This document shows positions 19,296 to 28,408 of a stretch of DNA of 64,000 bases, in pieces. The DNA is from an uncultured Bacteroidota bacterium (GTDB lineage: Bacteria; Bacteroidota; Bacteroidia; AKYH767-A; OLB10). Under the pieces are notes generated by a model, which saw only the letters and a program-made list of their open reading frames with translations, was not told the DNA's origin and made no database searches. Position 1 is the first letter of the stretch. The number at the start of each line of letters is the position of its first letter. Position numbers and translations under genes: made by a program. Where the stretch lies: assembly GCA_903847585.1 (NCBI GenBank), contig CAINEC010000193.1, positions 52,507 through 116,506 on the forward strand, read 5' to 3'.

Positions 19296-19704
19296 TATTT
19301 TTTGAAGGCTTATCAGATAAATACCAGGTATTATTATACTTTATCCACTCACTTTTCATCTGATAAATGTAATCACCTAACCCATCCAACAACCAATATT
19401 GGTCAACAAACACAGTCGCTATTGTTGAGTCATTATTATATTCAATTTTAAGAATCTCGATTTTCTTAAATTTATTGTTGACATTGAACTGCGCATTCCA
19501 GTAAGAAAAATAATCGCCACAAATACTATCACGATTTAATTTAGTTGAAGGAGATATAAAATCATCAACTCGTAGTTTATAAGCTGTTTCTATTAATGAA
19601 GTATTCGAAATTGCATCGTAAAAAAGATTAATGCGAAGATTTAAATCCTGAGCATTAACATGGATTGAAAACATAAGCAATAAGCAAACGAAATATTTTT
19701 TCAT
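19258..19704 (-). CDS. Secreted hypothetical protein.
   Basis: Signal peptide MKKYFVCLLLMFSIHVNAQ; no family recognised; overlaps the downstream gene by 38 nt. Confidence 0.35.
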   Translation of the reverse strand: MKKYFVCLLLMFSIHVNAQDLNLRINLFYDAISNTSLIETAYKLRVDDFISPSTKLNRDSICGDYFSYWNAQFNVNNKFKKIEILKIEYNNDSTIATVFVDQYWLLDGLGDYIYQMKSEWIKYNNTWYLSDKPSKNIAIKPYYDDNQK

Positions 19705-19705
19705 A

Positions 19706-20479
19706 TTACAAAATTCCTAGACCTAACAACAAAGCAATACAACTTAAAAATACAATAATTAAGGTTTGTATCGATTTTAAGGTAACTTTCTGAATATATT
19801 TTTTACCAATTAAAGACCCGCTTAGCGCCGCCAATAAAGCTACGAGCATCAGATTTAATTGTGAGTTTAAATTCAAATCAGACCAATTCTGAATATAAAT
19901 CGACAAACGAGAGATATCAACTAAACAAGCTATCAAAACACCTGTGGCGATATATGATTCTTTTGATAATCCAGCCTTCATTAAAAACATCGAGCGTAAT
20001 GCACCTTGATTTCCTGAAAGTCCTCCGAAGAATCCACTAAAGAATCCTCCAATCATATAACTTATTTTACCAGTAACTTTAAATGTCCATTGAGGTACTA
20101 ATTCAACAATAACAAAAACAATCATTAAAAATGAAACAAGCAACTTAACAGGAGTTATAGTAGCATCTATACCAAAAACAGAATACGCATAATTAAATTG
20201 TTGAATAGAGACATAATCTAATAGCTTAGCACCTACAAGCGACATAATAACTGCAGTCAGCGCAAAGGGTAAAGCCACGTTATAAGCTATGTGTTTTCTA
20301 AGCAAGGAAAATTTGAATATGTTATTTGAAAAATGCACAATAGCTGTTAAGGCAATCGACTCCTGCACTGAAAAGAACAAACAGAAAAAGGGTGTTAAAA
20401 TTGTTCCTAATCCAAAGCCAGAAAAGAAAGTCATTATTGCTGCAAAAAAAGCAACTACTGCAATTAGAATTAACATCAC
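19706..20479 (-). CDS. TSUP family sulfite exporter TauE/SafE membrane protein.
   Basis: Internally duplicated 4+4 TM protein with GFGLGTILTPF and GGLSGNQGALRS motifs. Confidence 0.65.
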   Translation of the reverse strand: MMLILIAVVAFFAAIMTFFSGFGLGTILTPFFCLFFSVQESIALTAIVHFSNNIFKFSLLRKHIAYNVALPFALTAVIMSLVGAKLLDYVSIQQFNYAYSVFGIDATITPVKLLVSFLMIVFVIVELVPQWTFKVTGKISYMIGGFFSGFFGGLSGNQGALRSMFLMKAGLSKESYIATGVLIACLVDISRLSIYIQNWSDLNLNSQLNLMLVALLAALSGSLIGKKYIQKVTLKSIQTLIIVFLSCIALLLGLGIL

Positions 20480-20488
20480 AATTTAATT

Positions 20489-22135
20489 TTAATTAATACC
20501 AAAGTAATTAGGCTTATCAGTTCCTGAATATTGTACTACCAGATATTTATTTTCTTCAAGATTCTTGAAATAACTTTTGCATACATCATTACACTCCATT
20601 ATCACAAAACGATATTGATGATGATCTAACTTATGATTTAAAATTAATTCACTCTTCAATGATTTATCAATTTCTGGCAAATAACGTTGTTGTGGTTTCA
20701 CTTTATAGTTTAATTGATAATCGATGGTCATCAACAACTGTAAATTAATATCCTCTTGATAATTTTCAATAATGAAATTATTCAAAGCATCGTATACATC
20801 AAACAACGTATGATGATGGAAATCGTACCTGGAATTAAAGTAAACACCTAATTGATGTAAAAAATCGAAAATACTATACTTATCCGCTACATACTTCAGT
20901 GTATGGATTGCTCGCTTTTTATTCCAGTAAACCTCTAATGCTTCTTCGAGTAAAACAATTTGCTCTAACTGATATGCACTTAAGAAATCACTTTTGATAA
21001 TCTGATACGGTGGATTAGGATCGAATTCATAGCCATATTTCTCATGCTTATCACGTACTGGCGTGCCGCGCAAGAATTTCAAAAATCCAAGTTGCAATTC
21101 AGATGGATGTAATGCAAATACCGATTCGAAACTAAACTTGATATCTTCCCATTCATCGAGTGGTAGTCCAACAATTAAATCGAGGTGCATTTCAATAATA
21201 TCATCCAGCTGCTTTATTACAGCTGCTGTTTTATCGAAATTCTGTTTACGACTAACTTCTAAATTCGCTTTTTGATTTACGGTTTGAATTCCTATTTCAA
21301 ATCGAAACACCCCGGGAGGAACATTTTCGCGAATGTATTTTACGATATCAGGATGAACGATATCAGCAGTAATTTCAAACTGATAAATATTTCCAGGCTT
21401 ATGATGCTCTAAAATAAAACTAAACATATCAATGGTAAAATCTCTCTTCACATTGAATGTTCTATCTAAGAATTTAATTACGCGGCCATGATTAATCAAG
21501 TAAAGCAAATTACTTTTTATTGTTTCAATTGGCAGATAGCGTACTTTATTATCTAGAGAAGCTAAACAAAACTCACACTTATACGGACAGCCTCTAGATG
21601 TTTCGATATAACCAACTTTGTTTTTCAACTCTGCAGGATCATCAAATTGATAAGGATTTATTCCAGCATAATTCTTTAAATCGAAAGTGACACTTTGCGG
21701 AATAAAAACCACTTCATTATTTGCATTCTTATGTACAAGGTTTGGAACATTGGATACATCGGGATAATTATTCAGGAAATTTTCCATCGGAATTTCCCCT
21801 TCGCCTACAATAATATAATCGATAAAAGGTTTATTGATGATATCGTCGTATTCATAACTCACTTCAGGTCCGCCTAAAAGAATTTTAATTTCAGGATTGA
21901 TTTCCTTTAACAATTTAGCGACTGCCATTGTAGGAGTAATATTCCAGATATAACAACTAAACGTTACGATATCGAAATCTTTGCAGAATTGAGCAATTGA
22001 TTCAGGCGATTCTTTAATTGTAAATTCTTTAAATGATAGTCCTTGATGACGATCTTTATTCAGACTATACAAAAGTCGTATAGCTAAATTCAGATGAATA
22101 TATTTCGCATTAAGAGTGGTTAGTAATACTTTCAT
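20489..22135 (-). CDS. B12-binding domain radical SAM protein with a DUF4080-type C-terminus.
   Basis: An N-terminal B12-binding-like Rossmann segment; a CxxxCxxC radical SAM cluster (SRGCPYKCEFC). Confidence 0.75.
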   Translation of the reverse strand: MKVLLTTLNAKYIHLNLAIRLLYSLNKDRHQGLSFKEFTIKESPESIAQFCKDFDIVTFSCYIWNITPTMAVAKLLKEINPEIKILLGGPEVSYEYDDIINKPFIDYIIVGEGEIPMENFLNNYPDVSNVPNLVHKNANNEVVFIPQSVTFDLKNYAGINPYQFDDPAELKNKVGYIETSRGCPYKCEFCLASLDNKVRYLPIETIKSNLLYLINHGRVIKFLDRTFNVKRDFTIDMFSFILEHHKPGNIYQFEITADIVHPDIVKYIRENVPPGVFRFEIGIQTVNQKANLEVSRKQNFDKTAAVIKQLDDIIEMHLDLIVGLPLDEWEDIKFSFESVFALHPSELQLGFLKFLRGTPVRDKHEKYGYEFDPNPPYQIIKSDFLSAYQLEQIVLLEEALEVYWNKKRAIHTLKYVADKYSIFDFLHQLGVYFNSRYDFHHHTLFDVYDALNNFIIENYQEDINLQLLMTIDYQLNYKVKPQQRYLPEIDKSLKSELILNHKLDHHQYRFVIMECNDVCKSYFKNLEENKYLVVQYSGTDKPNYFGIN

Positions 22136-22153
22136 TTTTCGTTTATCAAAGAA

Positions 22154-22630
22154 TTACTGACTGATTATTTTTTTCATTGGGAAATATTCGTAACGCATCG
22201 TATCCTTTTCCTTTCCTCCTATTGTTGCCAACATCGAATCAGGTGTGAAGAATGTATAAGAAATTACTTGCGGAAAATCGTGGGTTTTATTTTCAAATAC
22301 TAATCGACGATTATTACATTTCTTCAAATAAAAATCTGTTTTATGTTCTTCACCTTTTAACAAGAATGAAGTTGCATAAACATAACTACCAAGATTTTTA
22401 TAAATCTTCATTGTTTCAAAAAACAAAGTATCCTGATTATTCATTAGCACACAATTACCATTATAGACATTTGCATTCTCCATCTTCCAGCATTCTTTCA
22501 TTTGTCCCTCATTCACATAAACCTTCCAATCGCCATTCATTTTCATTATAACGGCATCTTGATTTTTACATGAGTAAAGTGAAATTACCAGACATAAAAC
22601 AACAACTATTCTTAACATAAAATGCATGTA
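22154..22630 (-). CDS. Hypothetical lipoprotein.
   Basis: Signal and lipobox LVISLYSC when started at the Met at 22630; no family recognised. Confidence 0.35.
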   Translation of the reverse strand, partial: YMHFMLRIVVVLCLVISLYSCKNQDAVIMKMNGDWKVYVNEGQMKECWKMENANVYNGNCVLMNNQDTLFFETMKIYKNLGSYVYATSFLLKGEEHKTDFYLKKCNNRRLVFENKTHDFPQVISYTFFTPDSMLATIGGKEKDTMRYEYFPMKKIISQ

Positions 22631-22652
22631 CAATATTAACGATATCCTTCCA

Positions 22653-23630
22653 TTAATCATCGTGACCTTTCAGAAAAATAGTAGAAACTTTAGATGATTG
22701 GGATAGATTAATTGAGTCAGCTATTTCCGCTTGTAAAACTCCATCATTATTGCCAACTTTCAGCATCGGCATACCTGCATTGACCCACGCAGTATACCAA
22801 AACGAGGCAGTCATTATAATTGCTTTCCGCATTCGTCTTTCGACCATTCCATTTAAAAGATGATTATAAGCCTGAGAATATTCTTTGCTATATACTTTTA
22901 TCACCTGCCTACCTTTAATTTCATAGGAGTACTTCTTGTCCGCATCAAACTGCTTGTTGAGCAAAGCTTCAAGAAATAAAACAGAGTCTTTCGCTGCATA
23001 GCTTTCGCTCAGCGTTTGCCATATAAATGCATTTGGATTATCAATATAAAGCGAACGCCCGATTAGATAATTATAATTATCACCCATCAATTCAGGAATA
23101 CGCGACTCCCAAAATCCGTGAATACCATGCTGACCGGTTAATTGTCCGTTGTAATTACGCGTACAATGCAAGGGCACATGTGCATCACCGATATAATGTC
23201 CGATTTCAGCAGAATACTTTAAAATCTTGTATTCATTTTTCTCTTTAAAAGCATTTGTTAATCGATATAACATGATTTGAATATGATATGGAACAATTCC
23301 ATGCGCTTTCAGCGTATCCTCCCCTATTTTAGCAATGGCATCTTTCCAATTATGCGGCAACGAATCGAAGGGATGATCACCATAACGATCTAAGTCGATA
23401 TAATGCCTTGGAGCCTCTTCAGGATCGGCATAGCGACGCATATCTGGATCAACCGCATGTTTTGTAATAAAATCGATGTTGGCCTTGTAGAATTGAAGAA
23501 GTGGCTGCGGTAAACAATACACCGCCTTTTGATTTATTCGTTGATGTCCCCAGAAACCCCATCCAGTTAATTCAACACTAAAAGCAAAAATGATAACAAC
23601 TAAACTGACTGTAAAAACAAGTTTTTTCAT
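22653..23630 (-). CDS. S1/P1 family zinc nuclease, secreted.
   Basis: The mature N-terminus WGFWGHQRIN (S1-P1 WGxxGH) and the HYIGDAHVPLH zinc-ligand motif. Confidence 0.65.
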   Translation of the reverse strand: MKKLVFTVSLVVIIFAFSVELTGWGFWGHQRINQKAVYCLPQPLLQFYKANIDFITKHAVDPDMRRYADPEEAPRHYIDLDRYGDHPFDSLPHNWKDAIAKIGEDTLKAHGIVPYHIQIMLYRLTNAFKEKNEYKILKYSAEIGHYIGDAHVPLHCTRNYNGQLTGQHGIHGFWESRIPELMGDNYNYLIGRSLYIDNPNAFIWQTLSESYAAKDSVLFLEALLNKQFDADKKYSYEIKGRQVIKVYSKEYSQAYNHLLNGMVERRMRKAIIMTASFWYTAWVNAGMPMLKVGNNDGVLQAEIADSINLSQSSKVSTIFLKGHDD

Positions 23631-23716
23631 GCCTGCAAAATTGCATCAGGCAAAAGCTAAAAACAATAGTGAAACTAAAGTTAAACGATTATAAATGTTT
23701 GTTGTCGGATAAAAAT

Positions 23717-24448
23717 TTACTGCTTCAGTAAATCGACCATTACACCATTGATAATTCCTGGAACAACAGGTGCTTGATTAGGAGTCAAACAATATTCGAT
23801 ATCCTTATCGATATTTAATTTCTTCAATCGGTTGCGATGCGACGACTCTTCAAGAAATCCATTTAAATCATCTTTAGCTAAAAGGTAAAGTCTTTCAGCG
23901 ATGATTGCAGTATCACGCAAATTTGTGAATTCAAAATCACCACGCATCTGATGCACTACCGCTCCAGCAAAGAGGCTATCTTCCATATTCACAGAATTTT
24001 TCCATCCTGAACAAAGCAGTACAATGTTACCTTCTTGCTTTGACAACCAAGAACACAAAGCATCTAAATTTAAAAATGATCCAACCACAATTTGCTTGGC
24101 ACCCTTTGAAGCTGCAATTGCTTGTGTACCGTTAGTAGTAGTAAGTGCAATATCACGACCTTTCACCTTTTCATCCATATAGCTGAATGGTGAATTACCG
24201 ATATCAAATCCTTCTAACATTTCACCATTACGTTCTGCTCCGATTAAGAATCCTTTTTCTTTGTAAGCAATACTCTCATCGATTGTAGCAACTGGAATTA
24301 TGCAATTCACTCCTTGTGTAAAAGCAACACACATCGAAGACGTAGCACGCAAAACATCAATCACCACTACTGTTGCATTTGATAAATCATGCAAGTGTAT
24401 AAGTGCAGGTGTTAAGCAAACTTCTATCGTACGATTACTTCCCGACAT
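23717..24448 (-). CDS. comB: 2-phosphosulfolactate phosphatase (ComB family).
   Basis: VVIDVLRATSSMCVAF and the overall length match the ComB family. Confidence 0.65.
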   Translation of the reverse strand: MSGSNRTIEVCLTPALIHLHDLSNATVVVIDVLRATSSMCVAFTQGVNCIIPVATIDESIAYKEKGFLIGAERNGEMLEGFDIGNSPFSYMDEKVKGRDIALTTTNGTQAIAASKGAKQIVVGSFLNLDALCSWLSKQEGNIVLLCSGWKNSVNMEDSLFAGAVVHQMRGDFEFTNLRDTAIIAERLYLLAKDDLNGFLEESSHRNRLKKLNIDKDIEYCLTPNQAPVVPGIINGVMVDLLKQ

Positions 24449-24454
24449 ACTTTC

Positions 24455-25558
24455 TTATTGCTGAATAAATGGAGTTTTAACTACTGTTGCTTTAATTTTT
24501 TTATCACGAATAGCAACATAAATATCAGAACCAGGAGTTGCAAAAGCAGTTTGCACATAGCCCATACCGATAGCCTTTTGTAATGATGGCGATTGAGTTC
24601 CTGATGTAACAACACCAATCTCATTTCCTTCGGCATCACAAAGTGTATAACCATGACGAGGAATTCCTTTCTCAATCATTTCAAAGCCGCATAACTTACG
24701 CGTTACTCCGTTATCCTTTTGAGATTTCAATGCATCAGAATTTGTAAATGACTTGGTGAATTTCGTAATCCATCCTAATCCTGCTTCAATAGGAGAAGTT
24801 GTATCGTCAATGTCATTTCCATAAAGACAGAAAGCCATTTCAAGACGCAATGTATCACGAGAACCTAATCCCGCAGGCTTAATACCATAAGCAGCTCCTG
24901 CATTCATCACGGCATCCCAGATTGTTTGTGCATATTGATTTTCGAAATACAATTCAAATCCACCAGCACCCGTGTAACCCGTATTGCTGATAATTACATT
25001 CGGACAACCTGCAAACTCCCCTTTAGTAAAATTGTAATAAGGGATGGAGTTTAAATCAACAGAAGTTAAAGATTGAAGAGCCTGAGATGTCATAGGACCT
25101 TGTACTGCCAAAAGCGATGTTCTATCAGAAATATTATGCATTTCGACACCATCGGTGTTATGCTGGCTGATCCAATTCCAATCTTTATCAATATTACCTG
25201 CATTTACTACAAGCATCCAGTTATTATCTTCTAGCTTATAAACTAAAAGATCATCAACAATACCACCTTCTGCATTTGGCATACAAGAATATTGCGCTTT
25301 CCCTGGAGTCAGCTTAGAAGCATCATTACTTGTAACGCGCTGAATTAAGTCGAGGGCACCCTCCCCTTTCAGGATAAACTCACCCATATGGCTTACATCA
25401 AAAACACCTACAGCCTTACGAACTGTTTCATGCTCAATGTTAATTCCTTCGTATTGAACAGGCATTAAATAACCTGCAAAAGGGACCATTTTCGCATTTA
25501 GCGCTTTATGGGTTTCGGTCAATGCCGTATTTTTTAATTCAGTAGCTACAGTAGACAT
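24455..25558 (-). CDS. gcvT: Glycine cleavage system aminomethyltransferase T.
   Basis: [23 protein letters not shown] ... [11 protein letters not shown] and a C-terminal GcvT barrel. Confidence 0.85.
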   Translation of the reverse strand: MSTVATELKNTALTETHKALNAKMVPFAGYLMPVQYEGINIEHETVRKAVGVFDVSHMGEFILKGEGALDLIQRVTSNDASKLTPGKAQYSCMPNAEGGIVDDLLVYKLEDNNWMLVVNAGNIDKDWNWISQHNTDGVEMHNISDRTSLLAVQGPMTSQALQSLTSVDLNSIPYYNFTKGEFAGCPNVIISNTGYTGAGGFELYFENQYAQTIWDAVMNAGAAYGIKPAGLGSRDTLRLEMAFCLYGNDIDDTTSPIEAGLGWITKFTKSFTNSDALKSQKDNGVTRKLCGFEMIEKGIPRHGYTLCDAEGNEIGVVTSGTQSPSLQKAIGMGYVQTAFATPGSDIYVAIRDKKIKATVVKTPFIQQ

Positions 25559-25608
25559 AGTTGATAGTTAAATGAGGACGCTAAAATAATAAATTTAAGG
25601 GTATGACC

Positions 25609-26277
25609 CTATTTACTGAGCTCCTGAAAAGAAATATCATAAATTGGATATTGCTGATAGCCTGAATAATCAAAATGCCACCATTCCGTCGCAAAAAGCT
25701 GAAAACCATTGCATGTCATTGCCTGTTGCAGGAGTTCCACATTCTTTGATTGGAGTTTAGTCCGATCTTTTGAATTAGCTGCTGCTTTTTCAGAAAAATC
25801 ATCATAGGCTGTTGGCATGTCCAAAGACTTACCTGTTTTCAAATCATAAAGGCCTACATCAACGGCACAACCACGATTATGACGAGATCCTTTTTGGGGG
25901 TCAGCTACATAGCGATCATCGTGAATTAAATCCCAGAATTTAACTGTATAACGGTAAGGCCTATACGCATCGTAAATTATCAAACCAACATTATAGGGCT
26001 TAAGGAAGTCAATTACTTTCAAAAGAGCAGTATGCGCATCGAGCGACAAAAATATTGCGGCTGTATCATACACTATTTCATGAGTGAAGTTATCGGAAGT
26101 AGCGTACTTGATATTCTGTTGAATAAAATTACTTTTAAGAGATACGAGCTGAAGTTTAGGAGATGCTTTTACGATGCTATCGTACTGAGATGAGCTTACA
26201 ATAGTTAATTGCGCAAATGAAGTTGTGGCACTTCCCAAAAGTAGAAATACAAAAATTATTTTTAAAAGAAGCTTCAC
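25609..26277 (-). CDS. M15D (VanX-like) D-Ala-D-Ala dipeptidase, secreted.
   Basis: DAYRPY, SRHNRGCAVDVGLYD and EWWHFD are VanX/DdpX motifs; signal peptide present. Confidence 0.6.
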   Translation of the reverse strand: MKLLLKIIFVFLLLGSATTSFAQLTIVSSSQYDSIVKASPKLQLVSLKSNFIQQNIKYATSDNFTHEIVYDTAAIFLSLDAHTALLKVIDFLKPYNVGLIIYDAYRPYRYTVKFWDLIHDDRYVADPQKGSRHNRGCAVDVGLYDLKTGKSLDMPTAYDDFSEKAAANSKDRTKLQSKNVELLQQAMTCNGFQLFATEWWHFDYSGYQQYPIYDISFQELSK

Positions 26278-26283
26278 TTATTT

Positions 26284-27366
26284 TTATTTTGAAGTTAATG
26301 AAGTAAAGTGCTTCACATAATCAGTTTTGATAGCTTCCACTGAGTATTTTTCTTCTACTGTTTTTCTTCCGTTAACAGCACATTTTTCTCTTAATGCAGC
26401 ATCGTCAATTAGTGCACTTATCTTCTCTACCCACTCATCAACTTCTGTGGCCAGCATTCCATTCTCGCCATCCTGAATAATATCAGAATTAACTCCTACC
26501 GGCGACATAATTGTAGCCATTCCTAGAGCCATATATTGAAGTCCTTTTAATCCGCATTTACCTTTTGCCCATTCATCATCAGGAAGTGGCATAATTCCAA
26601 TATCAATCTCTGATAATTCGGCCAGTTCCGTTTCTTTCTTCCAAGCGATACCTTCAATAGATAATTCATCGTTACGATAGGATGCATCACCAATAACTTT
26701 AATCTTGATTTTATCGCCATACTTAGCCTTCAATACTTTCAAGAAAGGAACAGCCATTTCAAAATGACGAATCGTAGTTATTGATCCCGACCAACCAATA
26801 CAAATAACATCAGAATTTTTAAAAGGAACCTGCTGATAGTCGTTTAAGTCGATGGTTGTAGGAATGATGGTTACATTTTTATTAAACTGAGAAGCATAAT
26901 TTGCGAGATACTGATTACCTGCAAAAATCAAATCTGCCATTGCAATTATTTTAGAAGTCTTCTCCGGATTCTTTAACCATCCAAATTTTTTATTGGCTTC
27001 TGAAACATCAAAATGCCAGATGGCATCATCAAAATCGTAAACTACAGGGACGCCTGCTGATGATAATTGCTTTTCGAAGTATGTAGTACCAGTTAGAAAT
27101 GCCTCGCGACAAATAAAAATCAAATCAAATTGTTTGGCACGTTGTACATCCTTCCAGCGAACAAGCACAGACTTCAATAAAATCATTAACTTATTGAACA
27201 AATGACCAGGCTTATAAAAAACAGCATCTGCCTTTTCATCCAACAAAAAAGACACTTCACATTCATACCCTTTTGATTTCAAGAAATCAAGATATTGCTC
27301 AAAACGAAATCGCTGATTAGGTGCGCGATTTAGTCGATGGGCTGTTACGATAAGTACTTTTTTCAC
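26284..27366 (-). CDS. Glycosyltransferase, GT4-like.
   Basis: A C-terminal EX7E-type region (GLQYMALGMATIMSPVGVNSDIIQDGENGML). Confidence 0.65.
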   Translation of the reverse strand: MKKVLIVTAHRLNRAPNQRFRFEQYLDFLKSKGYECEVSFLLDEKADAVFYKPGHLFNKLMILLKSVLVRWKDVQRAKQFDLIFICREAFLTGTTYFEKQLSSAGVPVVYDFDDAIWHFDVSEANKKFGWLKNPEKTSKIIAMADLIFAGNQYLANYASQFNKNVTIIPTTIDLNDYQQVPFKNSDVICIGWSGSITTIRHFEMAVPFLKVLKAKYGDKIKIKVIGDASYRNDELSIEGIAWKKETELAELSEIDIGIMPLPDDEWAKGKCGLKGLQYMALGMATIMSPVGVNSDIIQDGENGMLATEVDEWVEKISALIDDAALREKCAVNGRKTVEEKYSVEAIKTDYVKHFTSLTSK

Positions 27367-27376
27367 TTGATACTAA

Positions 27377-28372
27377 TTAATCTTCTAACCAGATTTTAGG
27401 AAGCTTTTCTGTTATTTCGATATTCTCGAATTTCTGACTTTTTCTGCTTCCCGCTGTTTTTGCCCACTCCGCCATTTTCGCTAAACCATCTTTTAAAGAA
27501 TAGTTAGAAGTAATGTTAAATGCTTTATGTGCTTTTTCATGATCAGCATATGCATGTTGCACTTCGTTACGAGCATCTAAATATCGAATATCAGATTTCA
27601 ATCCCATCACCTCAGACACTGTAGTAGCAAGTTCATTTACTGTAAACTCTTTGTCTGCTCCAATATTAAAAACCTGGTTATAAGCAGCAGGCACATCCAC
27701 GCATTTTGCAATGTATGGAGCCACATCACCAATGTAACTAAACGCACGAGTTTGAGAACCATCTCCAAAAATTGTAAGCGGCAACCCTTGCATTAATTGA
27801 TTCATGAAAATACCAACAACATTACGGTATTTATCACCTAAATTCTGGTATTCTCCATACACATTATGCGGACGGAAAATCACATAATTTAAACCGAACA
27901 TTTCATGCGTGCATTGAAGATCTAATTCAACAGCAAACTTAGAAACGCCGTAAGGATCTTCAGGCATTGGAACTGTCGATTCCTTCATTGGCAATTGTCC
28001 TTTACCATACACAGCAATTGAAGAGGTAAAAACAAAGCATTTTATCTTATGCTTCACCGCTTCATTGATTAAGTTTATACTACCAATCAGGTTATTATTG
28101 TAATTAAAACGTTTGATGAAATGACTTAATCCTTCAGCGGCGTAGGCGGCTAAATGATAGACATAATCAAACTTATATTGATTAAATAAATCTTGAAGTA
28201 ACTTATGGTCGGTAACAGAACCCTCTACAAAAACAGCGTTAGGATTTACATTATCGATAAATCCACCACTTAAATCATCTAGCACAACAACAGTATGTCC
28301 CATTGAAATTAATTCGTTGGTAACATGGGCCCCAATAAATCCAGCCCCTCCGGTAACAAGTGAAACAGCCAT
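27377..28372 (-). CDS. NAD-dependent epimerase/dehydratase (UDP-sugar 4-epimerase family).
   Basis: VTGGAGFIGAHV Rossmann motif and a YxxxK context; the start is taken at MAVSLV rather than the longer ORF at 28426. Confidence 0.75.
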   Translation of the reverse strand: MAVSLVTGGAGFIGAHVTNELISMGHTVVVLDDLSGGFIDNVNPNAVFVEGSVTDHKLLQDLFNQYKFDYVYHLAAYAAEGLSHFIKRFNYNNNLIGSINLINEAVKHKIKCFVFTSSIAVYGKGQLPMKESTVPMPEDPYGVSKFAVELDLQCTHEMFGLNYVIFRPHNVYGEYQNLGDKYRNVVGIFMNQLMQGLPLTIFGDGSQTRAFSYIGDVAPYIAKCVDVPAAYNQVFNIGADKEFTVNELATTVSEVMGLKSDIRYLDARNEVQHAYADHEKAHKAFNITSNYSLKDGLAKMAEWAKTAGSRKSQKFENIEITEKLPKIWLED

Positions 28373-28408
28373 TATTTTTATTTTGAGCAAAGATATAATT
28401 TTTAATGA

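Noticed and set aside
24481-24675. 64-aa minus-strand ORF overlapping the gcvT 3' end
   Set aside because: It is in an alternative frame of the same strand within gcvT; spurious.
25559-25608. Glycine riboswitch upstream of gcvT
   Set aside because: Only 50 nt separate gcvT from the upstream gene, too short for the tandem-aptamer glycine riboswitch, and no conserved riboswitch motifs are visible.
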